From Candidatus Zixiibacteriota bacterium (GTDB lineage Bacteria > RBG-13-66-14 > B26-G2 > WVWN01), in NCBI GenBank assembly GCA_030613505.1, contig JAUWLW010000002.1, positions 16,925 to 80,924 on the forward strand: DNA of 64,000 nucleotides, in the 5' to 3' direction. Both the position numbers and the translations under genes were made by a program. Positions 16,576 through 25,753 of this stretch are shown here, one piece after another (position 1 is the stretch's first letter; each line of letters opens with the position of its first letter). Below the pieces are notes generated by a model. It was not told the DNA's origin. It saw nothing but the letters and a program-made list of their open reading frames with translations, and did not search any database.

Positions 16576-17355
16576 ATTAGTAAGAAGGCCCTCATCCTGG
16601 TAACCAACGACGACGGCGTGAACGCGCCGGGGCTCGCCGCGCTGGCGTCGGCGCTCGACGCTATAGGGGAGGTTGCAGTCGTCGCGCCGGACCGCGAGCG
16701 CTCCGCGGTAGGCCATGCCGTTACGTTGACGGAGCCCTTGCGGGCCTGGCGCGAGACCTGGGCCGATGGCCGAGAGGTCTCCGTCGTCGACGGGACCCCC
16801 GCGGACTGCGTCAAGGTCGCCGTGAAGGCGCTGCTCGAGCGCCGGCCCGATGCCGTCGTCTCGGGTATAAATCTGGGCGGCAACGCCGGCGTCAACGTGA
16901 TATACTCCGGGACCGTCTCCGCGGCGACGGAGGCGACTATTCTCGGCATCCCCGCGGCGGCGGTATCGCTCGACACTTTTACGGACCCGGACTTCGGCCC
17001 GGCGGCGCGCGTCGCGGCGTGGGTGGCGGGGAAGATTCTCGAGAACGGCCTGCCGCCGCGGGTCATGCTTAACGTAAACGTGCCGGCGCTGCCGGAAAAA
17101 GAAATCGCCGGCCTGAAGATAACGCGCCAGAGCAGCGCCGTCCTTGAGGACCGCTACGAGGAGCGGCACGACCCGCGCGGCCGACGCTACTTCTGGCTCG
17201 CCGCGGAGCGCATGAGCGTGCCGGACCCGCGCGACGACGACGACATTGCGGCGCTCGAGGAAGGGTACGTTTCGGTTACGCCCATTCATTACGACCTGAC
17301 TGACGAAGCGGCCCGGGCCGAGCTCGCGCGGTGGGCCGAGGAGTTGAAATTGTAA
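16576..17355 (+). CDS. surE: 5'/3'-nucleotidase SurE (non-canonical start, probably ATT)
   Basis: ILVTNDDG motif upstream of the ORF-track start; GTPADCV, SGINLGGN, YSGTVSAA, VSVTPI. Confidence 0.93.
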   Translation: MSKKALILVTNDDGVNAPGLAALASALDAIGEVAVVAPDRERSAVGHAVTLTEPLRAWRETWADGREVSVVDGTPADCVKVAVKALLERRPDAVVSGINLGGNAGVNVIYSGTVSAATEATILGIPAAAVSLDTFTDPDFGPAARVAAWVAGKILENGLPPRVMLNVNVPALPEKEIAGLKITRQSSAVLEDRYEERHDPRGRRYFWLAAERMSVPDPRDDDDIAALEEGYVSVTPIHYDLTDEAARAELARWAEELKL

Positions 17356-17386
17356 TATAGGCCGCGGCTCAGGAGGGCCTACGACG

Positions 17387-18811
17387 ATGCGCCTATTTCA
17401 AGATACCAACTATAACTTCATAAGCCTGGGTCGGCCCGCGCTGATTTTTTCCGCGGCGTTGATGATAGCGAGCGCCGTGCTGTTGTTTACGAAGGGCCCC
17501 AACTTCGGCATCGACTTCACCGGCGGCGTTAAGATAGACGTTCTGACGAACCGCCGCGTTACGGTCTCGGACCTCGAGAAGATCCGCGGCGCGGCGCCGG
17601 TCGAGATCCACTCCGTAGGGCGCGCCGAGCGCGAGATGCTCATCTCGCAAAAGGGCCTCGAGAAGGCGGACGACTACGCCGCCGCCGTGGTCAAGGCCCG
17701 CCGCCAGGTGGGGAGGTTCAAGAGCCTGGCCGAGGTCGCCGCCATACCGGGCGTGGACCTGACCGAGGATGACCTCGCGACCGTCTTCGCCGTCACGACG
17801 GAGGAGGCCGAGGGGGCAAAGGGCGCGCTCCGCATAGACATCAACAAAGCTGCGCCCGACAACATCCGCGAGCGCATCCAGCAGATCATCGTCGACAAGA
17901 CGGTCACCAACCTCAGCCGCGTGCTGGGCGAGGTCTTCGGCGTGCCGGCGGGCGCCGCGGGAAAGCTGGATATCAACGGCATCGAGGACGCCGAACTTTT
18001 GGAAGAGGAGTTAGCACGCTACATGCCGCCGGCGGACGCCGCGGCTTTGGCGCGCAACGTGGCGCGCCAGCGTAAACTCGGCGCGCAGGCCGAGGCCACG
18101 ACGCTCCTGCCGTCGCTCGAGGCGGCGTACGAGGGCGTCAAGGTCTCCGCCGCGGCCAAGAAAGCGCTGGCGGATAACTTCTACGCCGGGACCTTCGCCA
18201 TCCGCGGTACCGAGAATATAGGCCCGCGCGTCAGCCGCCAGCTCATCGGCCTGGCGATGAAGGCGCTCGGCTTCGCGCTGTTGGCCATGCTGGCCTACAT
18301 CGCCATAAGGTTTAAATTAACCAGCGGCGTCGTCGCCATCATAAGTCTTATCCACGACGTCCTCATTACCATGGGCCTCGCCGTCCTGGTCGGTATCGAG
18401 ATCGACCTCACCGTCGTCGCGGCCTTCCTCACCGTCGTCGGCTACTCCATCAACGACACCGTCGTCACGTACGACCGCATCCGCGAGGACGCGCGCCAGG
18501 GCCGCAAGGAGACCTACCGCGGGCTTCTCAACCGCGCCATCAACGAGAACCTGTCGCGTACCCTCATAACGGGCACGGGCTCGCTCGCCGCGTTGTTGAT
18601 ACTCTACTTCCTGGGCGGCGAGGCGCTGCGCGGTTTCGCGTTTATCCTGTGGGTCGGCATCGTCCTGGGGACCTATTCGTCGATATACGTCTGCGCCGCG
18701 CTCCTCGACGAGATAGATAACTTCCGGACGCGCCGGCGCAAGGGCAAGCTGGAGGCCAAAGTCGCCCGGGTCCAGGTCACGAAGAAAGTCCGCAGGAGGA
18801 AGAAGAGGTAG
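17387..18811 (+). CDS. secF: protein translocase subunit SecF with enlarged periplasmic domain
   Basis: GIDFTGG, IGPRVS, YIAIRF, LIHDV, GYSINDTVVTYDRIRE, GTYSSIY. Confidence 0.92.
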   Translation: MRLFQDTNYNFISLGRPALIFSAALMIASAVLLFTKGPNFGIDFTGGVKIDVLTNRRVTVSDLEKIRGAAPVEIHSVGRAEREMLISQKGLEKADDYAAAVVKARRQVGRFKSLAEVAAIPGVDLTEDDLATVFAVTTEEAEGAKGALRIDINKAAPDNIRERIQQIIVDKTVTNLSRVLGEVFGVPAGAAGKLDINGIEDAELLEEELARYMPPADAAALARNVARQRKLGAQAEATTLLPSLEAAYEGVKVSAAAKKALADNFYAGTFAIRGTENIGPRVSRQLIGLAMKALGFALLAMLAYIAIRFKLTSGVVAIISLIHDVLITMGLAVLVGIEIDLTVVAAFLTVVGYSINDTVVTYDRIREDARQGRKETYRGLLNRAINENLSRTLITGTGSLAALLILYFLGGEALRGFAFILWVGIVLGTYSSIYVCAALLDEIDNFRTRRRKGKLEAKVARVQVTKKVRRRKKR

Positions 18812-18825
18812 GAAGGCTTCGCGTT

Positions 18826-19605
18826 ATGCTGAGCGCCGTTGACCAAGGTATATACATAGCCCTTATCCCGTTGTACGGCTTCCTGGCCGTAACGCACGTG
18901 TTGCGTCGCAACGGCATCCCGCAGCTCAGCTGGGCCGTCCTGTTTCTCAACACGGCCCTCATCATATTGCGATGGGTGGAAGTGGGCCGGACGCCGTTCT
19001 CCACCCTCTACGAGTGTCTGTCGCTCTTCGCCTGGTCCGGCGCGCTGGCATACCTGCTGGTCCAGCGGTTCGGCGGCGAGAAAGTCCGCTGGTCCGGCGT
19101 CGTGCTCTTCGCCATGATGGCCGCGGCGATGGCCTACGGCGCGACGAGGGACCCCACCGTCAAACCCCTCTCGCCGGCGCTCGACTCCATCTGGTTCGAG
19201 GTCCACGTCATCCCGGCCTTCGCCTCCTACGCCCTCTTCGTCGCCGCCTTCGCCTACGCATTCGAGTACCTAGGGACCGGGGCCCGGCGCGAGCGTCTCG
19301 ACTTCTTCTCGCGCAAGCTCATCCTCTTCAGCTTTCCGCTGCTGTCTTTCGGCGTATTCTCCGGCGCCGGCTGGGCCGAGGAGGCGTGGGGGACGTACTG
19401 GTCGTGGGACCCGAAGGAGACGGCGTCGCTGGTGACGTGGTGCGTCTACCTGGCGTACATCCACGCCTCGAGGAGCCCGCGGTTCGCCCGGGTCCCGTCG
19501 CGGGTGCTGAACATCATCGGCTTCGTCTCGATGATGTTCACCTTCCTGGGCTTCAACGTCGTCGCGAAGCTCCTGGGCCTGCCGACCGCGCACGCGTATA
19601 CGTAA
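18826..19605 (+). CDS. ccsA: cytochrome c biogenesis system II heme lyase CcsA/ResC
   Basis: WAEEAWGTYWSWDPKET (WWD domain) with conserved His residues. Confidence 0.93.
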   Translation: MLSAVDQGIYIALIPLYGFLAVTHVLRRNGIPQLSWAVLFLNTALIILRWVEVGRTPFSTLYECLSLFAWSGALAYLLVQRFGGEKVRWSGVVLFAMMAAAMAYGATRDPTVKPLSPALDSIWFEVHVIPAFASYALFVAAFAYAFEYLGTGARRERLDFFSRKLILFSFPLLSFGVFSGAGWAEEAWGTYWSWDPKETASLVTWCVYLAYIHASRSPRFARVPSRVLNIIGFVSMMFTFLGFNVVAKLLGLPTAHAYT

Positions 19606-19626
19606 ACGAGGAAGGGTAGCGGGTGA

Positions 19627-20823
19627 ATGGCTAAAAACAAAAAAAGGCGCGAGGTAAAAACCCGGTCCGATTTGTTTGGGTTCCTCCAAAACCAAATGGA
19701 GGCGACGTACGACGACCTTTTAAAGAAGAAGAAACTTGAATACGAAGGTAATTTAGTAAAAACTTATTTATTTGAAGTAGACGAACCCGAAGACATGGGC
19801 GATAGCAAGGGGGAGAAAAGGTATGAGGAATATTTAAAATATCTATTTTCGGTCGAGAAAAAGGATAGACCAGAATTAAGTATTTACCGCACCGAAGAGT
19901 TGGGTTTTTATGAAGTAGTTTTAAATGATAGAGGAAATGAGTTCGTAATTTATATAGATACGGCGACAAATCCTAGGTTTTGGATGGTGTTTTCTTTAAG
20001 TAAGTCGGAGGGTTTGGATTCGTGGTTTAATGCTATATTAAAGAATAAACCAGATTTCGATTTCGTATGGCTTTGGCCCGATTTCTTAGAATCTTTTCAA
20101 AAACGGGGGGTGGCCCGTGGTTTCGGCCTCGATTATGATTATAGGGTGTTCGAAAAATCGGAAGACGTCGATACTACGCTTTATTTGAAGATGCAGTTAT
20201 GGGGGGGGTCGGATACTGCTGATCTCTACGAACTATTAAGTAGTAGCGAAAAATTTTCTAGTAAAGTAGTTTTATCTAAAATCCGTTTTAAAGAATTCCG
20301 CGAAGATGGAATATTAGATAGGTTCGCTTTGGAAGACATTAAGTATAACGGGAAATTTACCACGCGAGGTACTGATTTCAACACGCATTTGAGTATTGTG
20401 GAATCATTAAGGAAAAGTTACGAAAGAATTATCTTGCAAATAGAAGAAAAATATTCCTTAAAATGGGTTAGTGGTACGGGTGAGGGTTATAATTTGGAAG
20501 GTTATGCCTTGCATTTCGAACCGGCAGAAGGTCAAATTATCCCTATAGATATTTTCTATAAACAAGTATTCAATGGGACGGAGCCTTTCCGGTTAATGGG
20601 GTTCGTTCGGCAAAAAAGTGAGACCAAAATCGTATCGGACGTAGTAGACTTGCACACCGGCGGCGAATTAACTTTCGAGTTATATCCAGATTTAATAACA
20701 CTGTATCTGGGCGAAGGCACGTGCGGTAATAGTATCGCAAGGTTTTTTACTAATATCCAACATTATTTCGACAAATCTTTCTCGGTTTACGCCGATAACG
20801 GTGACCGCCTATTCACTTTGTAG
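19627..20823 (+). CDS. hypothetical protein in low-GC insert
   Basis: 398-aa ORF with AT-rich codon usage unlike its flanks; no family recognised. Confidence 0.8.
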   Translation: MAKNKKRREVKTRSDLFGFLQNQMEATYDDLLKKKKLEYEGNLVKTYLFEVDEPEDMGDSKGEKRYEEYLKYLFSVEKKDRPELSIYRTEELGFYEVVLNDRGNEFVIYIDTATNPRFWMVFSLSKSEGLDSWFNAILKNKPDFDFVWLWPDFLESFQKRGVARGFGLDYDYRVFEKSEDVDTTLYLKMQLWGGSDTADLYELLSSSEKFSSKVVLSKIRFKEFREDGILDRFALEDIKYNGKFTTRGTDFNTHLSIVESLRKSYERIILQIEEKYSLKWVSGTGEGYNLEGYALHFEPAEGQIIPIDIFYKQVFNGTEPFRLMGFVRQKSETKIVSDVVDLHTGGELTFELYPDLITLYLGEGTCGNSIARFFTNIQHYFDKSFSVYADNGDRLFTL

Positions 20824-20829
20824 CCAACT

Positions 20830-21750
20830 ATGCCTATTAACTATTTTAGTTATTATCTACCAAACCTTATTATAGGATTAGCAAAAGGGTCCCGCGTATT
20901 AGGTCCCTATTCCTCCGAGTTTAAAAAACTCGGGTACCAAACCCACAAAATCGAACCTTCTTTCAGGACTACGGGTGGTTACGAAGTAAACCCTGATGCG
21001 ATTGTTATATCGGTTAAAATCGGTAATACGTTGATATTCGAATGGACAAGTTCGACTTCTTTAGGCGATGATAAAAGAAGGCAAATCGAAAGATATTCGA
21101 ATATTACAGTTTCTGATTTAGCTACGCCCGCCGCGGTTCCGACTCGAGCTTTGAAGACATTTGATACGGTTTTAGTTTTAAAACAGGTTGCGATAAGTTC
21201 ATTTGTAGAATATCTAGAACATTTGGGTACGGCTATGCCTATAGTTATATTCCGCAATTTCGAAGAAGACGGCGAATACTCGTTAGAAAAAGAAGCCTTT
21301 GATTTCGCCGAAGCTAATACGGATTCGTTCTTTTCGAATAGAATGGTTTTTAGTAAAATACCAACGGGATATATAAGTTTCTGCATAGACGATATAAATC
21401 AAACGAGTCTCGTGTCTTCGGTAGTTAAACACCTAGTTTCAGCAATTATTAAAAATATTAGGTCTTTCGAAATAACCGATTTTTGCGAACGGGTTATACC
21501 TGTATGGGGGGTTATAGATACGGACAAAAAGAGGGAAATAGCCCGAGTAATTACACAAATATTTAATCGCCTTTCGCGATATGACTACGGCGCGGAATTG
21601 ATTAAAAGGCAAGCCGGGCCCCCTCCAAGGTGGGTAATAATTAGTAAAGAGGATTTTATTAGACGCAAGAGATATTTCCAAACTCGGCTAGATAGTTTTA
21701 TAAGTAGTACGCGCGGTGAGCCTCTTACCGAAGAATTGTTTGGAAGTTAA
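20830..21750 (+). CDS. hypothetical protein in low-GC insert, possible degenerate PD-(D/E)xK fold
   Basis: 306-aa ORF; VNPDAIVIS..TLIFEW resembles a PD-(D/E)xK core without the Lys. Confidence 0.75.
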   Translation: MPINYFSYYLPNLIIGLAKGSRVLGPYSSEFKKLGYQTHKIEPSFRTTGGYEVNPDAIVISVKIGNTLIFEWTSSTSLGDDKRRQIERYSNITVSDLATPAAVPTRALKTFDTVLVLKQVAISSFVEYLEHLGTAMPIVIFRNFEEDGEYSLEKEAFDFAEANTDSFFSNRMVFSKIPTGYISFCIDDINQTSLVSSVVKHLVSAIIKNIRSFEITDFCERVIPVWGVIDTDKKREIARVITQIFNRLSRYDYGAELIKRQAGPPPRWVIISKEDFIRRKRYFQTRLDSFISSTRGEPLTEELFGS

Positions 21751-21932
21751 ACTAAGGTTTCAATTACTTTTATTATATACGCGAATATCGTAATTATATC
21801 CGACCGTTTAGTGTTATTAACGAACGGTTAGGAAGTTTTCTTTTCCGTAGCCACGCGGTTCTGTTTAATACTTAAGCTTTCGGGGATGCTTAAAGTTTTA
21901 CCGGATGCAGAATAGCAAAGCGTTTTAAAACT

Positions 21933-23033
21933 ATGGCTGGTCGTGTATTAAACGGCATTTGGAAACTCTTCACCTCCCTCGAGCTCGGCGTGGTCCTCGT
22001 GGTCATCCTGACCGCGTTCATGGTCGTGGGGGCGCTCTTGCCGCAGGGTATGGACGACGAGTTCTACCTCAAGGCCTGGGACGAGGGGACGTATCACGCC
22101 CTCCGCGACCTGGGCTTCCTCGACATCTTCCACCGGCCCCTTTTCCTCATCCCCGCGGTCCTCCTGGGCCTAAACCTCCTTTGCTGCTCGATAGATATAC
22201 TGCGGAATTTTTTACCGAAGACCATAACGGCGCGCTACGTCGTCTCGGCGCTCTACCATCTCGCGTTGGTGGGGATGTTCGTCGGCTTCTTAGCCACGTA
22301 CCTCTTCTCGTACGGCGGCGAGCTGATTATAAAGCCGGGCGAATCGGTCCACGTCCCGCTGAAGAAGGGCGAGACGGCGTGGGCGAGGCTCGCGCCGCGC
22401 CTCGGCCTTGCGGCGCCGGTCAACGAGGATACGCCCTACGAGCTGCATCTCAAGAGCTTCGAGACGACGTACGTCGAGAAGGACGGCCGGATATTCATTA
22501 AGGATTGGATAAGCGACCTCGAGGTCGTCGACGGCGGCGCCGTCGTCGCGGCCAAGCGCATAGAGGTCAACGACCCGCTGGTTTACGGCGGCATGAAGTA
22601 CTACCAGGCGTTCTTCGACCAGAAGATGAAGTTCGACGTGGACGGGGAGGAACAGGAGCTAGGCCCGGGCGAGCCGCTCGCGGTCGGCGACGAGATGCTG
22701 ATGGTTTCCACCGTCAAGAGCGGGACGCTGCTCGGCGACGACGGCCCGACGCCGCTGGGGCCGTACGTAGAGCTCAAGGAGATGTCCAAAGACAAGTGGC
22801 ACCGCGTCACTAAGGACGTCCGGCCCGGGAGGCGGCTGGACCGCGGCCAACCGGTCGACGTCGGCACCTGCCGCGTCACGTTCGTCTCGTTCGAAGAATC
22901 GAGCGGCCTTACGTACAAGCGCGACCCGGCGGTGAAGTTCTTGTGGGTATTGTGGATCACCTTTACCGCTTTAATAGCCGTGCGGATATACGTCCAGGAA
23001 TCGGTGCTTACGTGGTTCCGAAAGGAGGGTTAG
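21933..23033 (+). CDS. resB: cytochrome c biogenesis protein ResB/CcsB
   Basis: GALLPQ, NLLCCS, YHLALV, SDL..IEVNDPL.YGG.KYYQ, SGLTYKRDP. Confidence 0.85.
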   Translation: MAGRVLNGIWKLFTSLELGVVLVVILTAFMVVGALLPQGMDDEFYLKAWDEGTYHALRDLGFLDIFHRPLFLIPAVLLGLNLLCCSIDILRNFLPKTITARYVVSALYHLALVGMFVGFLATYLFSYGGELIIKPGESVHVPLKKGETAWARLAPRLGLAAPVNEDTPYELHLKSFETTYVEKDGRIFIKDWISDLEVVDGGAVVAAKRIEVNDPLVYGGMKYYQAFFDQKMKFDVDGEEQELGPGEPLAVGDEMLMVSTVKSGTLLGDDGPTPLGPYVELKEMSKDKWHRVTKDVRPGRRLDRGQPVDVGTCRVTFVSFEESSGLTYKRDPAVKFLWVLWITFTALIAVRIYVQESVLTWFRKEG

Positions 23034-23042
23034 GTAAGCGGC

Positions 23043-23067
23043 GGCCCGCGACGCGGGCTTTTTTTTC
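23043..23067 (+). terminator. intrinsic terminator
   Basis: GGCCCGCG-a-CGCGGGCT followed by T-run. Confidence 0.7.
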
Positions 23068-23141
23068 GATAAAACCTTGCATATTAGGGCCTAACGATAT
23101 ATTATATAAGGGGTTAGCTTATATGCCGTTGGAGGACCCGG

Positions 23142-23756
23142 GTGGCTCGGAAGAGGAAAATTGACGAGAAGATAGAGGCCCGCATCGTGGAGCTCGAGGA
23201 CGAGCTGCTATCGTTGAAGGCGGATTACGTCGGCGCCGCCATCGACGAGCTGCGCCGGCCCAAGGGCCCGTTTGCGGTCGTTACTTTTCAAGTCGGCGGG
23301 AAAACCTTCGCGCTTCCGCTTTGGTCGGTGAAGAGTATTTCGCGCGCCGTGGCGATCGTCGATAAGGGCGAGCTCGGCCCCGGCTTTACCGGCGTCATAA
23401 CTTACCACGGCGAGCTCGTCCCGGTTTTGGACGGGGCGGCGTTGGGGGTCGAAGGCCGCGAGATGGACGTTGGCGACCACGTCATCTACTTCACCGCCGC
23501 CGGCCGTCGCGTAGCGCTCGTCGTCTCGGCGGTGTTCGACGTCGAGACCTTCGATAGCGAGAAGATCGTCTCGGCGGGCGACGCCGGGTTGCCGAGGCGG
23601 CCTTTTCTCGGCGTCTACGAAGAGAACGGGGGCCTTACGCGCATCCTCGAGCCCTCCGCCCTGCTCCCGGACGTCACCGCGAAGGCCGGCGCAGACGACA
23701 GCGAAGCCGTACCGGACGTCACGCTGGAGGCCGAAGGCGACGAATCCGCGGAATGA
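23142..23756 (+). CDS. cheW: CheW-domain protein
   Basis: FQVGGKTFALP, GVITYHGELVPVLD, VALVVSAV. Confidence 0.85.
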   Translation: MARKRKIDEKIEARIVELEDELLSLKADYVGAAIDELRRPKGPFAVVTFQVGGKTFALPLWSVKSISRAVAIVDKGELGPGFTGVITYHGELVPVLDGAALGVEGREMDVGDHVIYFTAAGRRVALVVSAVFDVETFDSEKIVSAGDAGLPRRPFLGVYEENGGLTRILEPSALLPDVTAKAGADDSEAVPDVTLEAEGDESAE

Positions 23757-25138
23757 GTAAAGCGTTCGAATTAGGCGAGAGGGAATTCCAAACGCTGAGC
23801 GGCCTCCTTCGGGATCGCTTCGGCCTCGATTACCCGCTCCAGAAAAAGGTAGAGCTCGAGAAGGCGTGCGCTTCGGTGAGCGACGGCCTCGACGCCGCCG
23901 AGTTCTGCTGCGAGGTGGGTTCACCTTCGGGGGAAGGGTTGTTCCAACGGTTTATTAACCGGCTGACGGTGGGCGAGACGTATTTTTTCCGAATCCAGGC
24001 CCACTTCGACGCCCTCAAGAGCGTTATCCTGCCGGGCATATTTAAAAAGCGCGCGGGGGAGAAGCGTTTGCGTATATGGAGCGCGGGATGCGCCACCGGG
24101 GAGGAGCCGTACTCCGTCGCGATGCTTATTTTAGAGACGCTGCCGGACCCGGGGGGCTGGGAAATCGAGTTCCTCGCTACCGACGTCAATACCGATTTTC
24201 TCTCGTCGGCGCGCAGGGGTCGTTACCGCGAGTGGTCGTTCCGCAAAGTGGACGATTATTGGCGGAAGAAGTATTTCGAGCCGGCCGACGGCGAGTGGCA
24301 AGTTGCGGCCGACGTCCGGGCGATGGTGAAGTTCGTACGCGCCAACCTCATCGACGAGCGAGATAACGTAGTAGCCGTAGGGCCGGGGTCTTTCGATCTT
24401 ATTCTTTGCCGCAACGTGTTTATTTATTTTGGCGACGAGGGCATCGAACGGGCGTCGGCGTTATTCCGCCGGTACCTGGCGCCCGGCGGCTGGTTCGTCG
24501 GCGGCCACGCCGAGCCTTTCGTTTACGACGACGGTTTCGAGGCGGTGAATTTCCCGGGGGCGTTCGTCTACCGCAAGTTGACGGCGGAGGATGTCGCGGC
24601 CGCCAAGAAGCGGCGCCTTCCTGCGGAACGGCCGCGTAAGGCCGTACGCGTGCGGCCGGCCGCGGGCGGGGTCGAACGGGCCGACCGTCTGGTGGCCGTC
24701 GGGAAGGACTCGCGGGCGCTGGAACAGCTCACCGAGCTCGTCGCGGCGCGCGAGGACGCCGAGTTGTATTGGCGTATGGGGCGCGTACTCGGGAACCTGG
24801 GCCGGTACGAGGAGGGTCTCGAGTGGTGTCGCCGGGGCGCGGCGCTCGATAAAACGAACCCGTACTGCTACTACATAGCGGCTCTCATCCAAGAGGAGAT
24901 GGGAAAAAACGACGAGGCGTTCGACAATCTCCGCCGCTCGCTGTACGTAGAAAAAAGTTTCGTCCTGGGGCACTTTTCGATGGCGAGTTACCATCGCTGG
25001 CGGCGGGACGAGGAACGCGCGGCGCGGTCGTATCGTAACGTGCTCAAGTTGCTCGACGGTCGCGGGGAAGACGAGGAGATATCGGGCGACGGTTTAACCG
25101 TCGGACGTTTGCGGGAAATAGTGAATCAAATCTTATAA
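23753..25138 (+). CDS. cheR: CheR methyltransferase with C-terminal TPRs (WspC-like)
   Basis: LTVGETYFFR, IWSAGCATGEEPYS, DLILCRNVFIYF, GHAE; TPR-like tail. Confidence 0.92.
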   Translation: MSKAFELGEREFQTLSGLLRDRFGLDYPLQKKVELEKACASVSDGLDAAEFCCEVGSPSGEGLFQRFINRLTVGETYFFRIQAHFDALKSVILPGIFKKRAGEKRLRIWSAGCATGEEPYSVAMLILETLPDPGGWEIEFLATDVNTDFLSSARRGRYREWSFRKVDDYWRKKYFEPADGEWQVAADVRAMVKFVRANLIDERDNVVAVGPGSFDLILCRNVFIYFGDEGIERASALFRRYLAPGGWFVGGHAEPFVYDDGFEAVNFPGAFVYRKLTAEDVAAAKKRRLPAERPRKAVRVRPAAGGVERADRLVAVGKDSRALEQLTELVAAREDAELYWRMGRVLGNLGRYEEGLEWCRRGAALDKTNPYCYYIAALIQEEMGKNDEAFDNLRRSLYVEKSFVLGHFSMASYHRWRRDEERAARSYRNVLKLLDGRGEDEEISGDGLTVGRLREIVNQIL

Positions 25139-25148
25139 CCCGGTCGAT

Positions 25149-25751
25149 ATGAAAGAGGAGAAGTTCAAACTGCCGGAGCCCGAGGGGCAATCCCCTCAGG
25201 AACAGGTCGATTGGTCGGCGCTCTTCGACGCCATGGGGGATATGGTGGAAGATGAGAAGGTGGCCGACGTGTTATCGATCCGCGCCCGTGCCCTAGCCGA
25301 GGCCGAAGAAGACGTTGCCGCGGAAGCCGGCGACGTTTACACCTTGTTCTCGCTGGGTTCGGAGCGGTACGCTTTGTCGGCGGCCGCGGCGCGGGAAGTC
25401 ATCGAGCTGCCGACGATAATGCCCGTGCCGAAGGCGCCCGACGTGATCGCGGGCCTGTTTCACCGCCGCGGCGGCATATACGTAGCGTTGGACACGAAGA
25501 GACTCCTGGGGCTCGGAGAGGACGGCCGATACGGTAACGCCGTCGTGCTCACCGGCGAGCCGGCGCGCGTGGCCTTGCTCGTAGACGACGTGGAGGCGGC
25601 GCGAACCATACCGCCGGCCGAAATATACCCGGGCGACGTCGGCAGCCGCGCCATTGCCGGCATTACGCCCGGCCGTTATATCGTATTGGACGTCGAGGAG
25701 CTTCGGGCGGCGATCAGGGGGGCCGTGGGTACCGAACCGAGGGGTGTTTAG
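25149..25751 (+). CDS. cheW: CheW-domain protein (WspD-like)
   Basis: RARALA, FSLGSERYAL, PVPKAPDVIAGL..RRG, ALLVDDV. Confidence 0.85.
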   Translation: MKEEKFKLPEPEGQSPQEQVDWSALFDAMGDMVEDEKVADVLSIRARALAEAEEDVAAEAGDVYTLFSLGSERYALSAAAAREVIELPTIMPVPKAPDVIAGLFHRRGGIYVALDTKRLLGLGEDGRYGNAVVLTGEPARVALLVDDVEAARTIPPAEIYPGDVGSRAIAGITPGRYIVLDVEELRAAIRGAVGTEPRGV

Positions 25752-25753
25752 TA

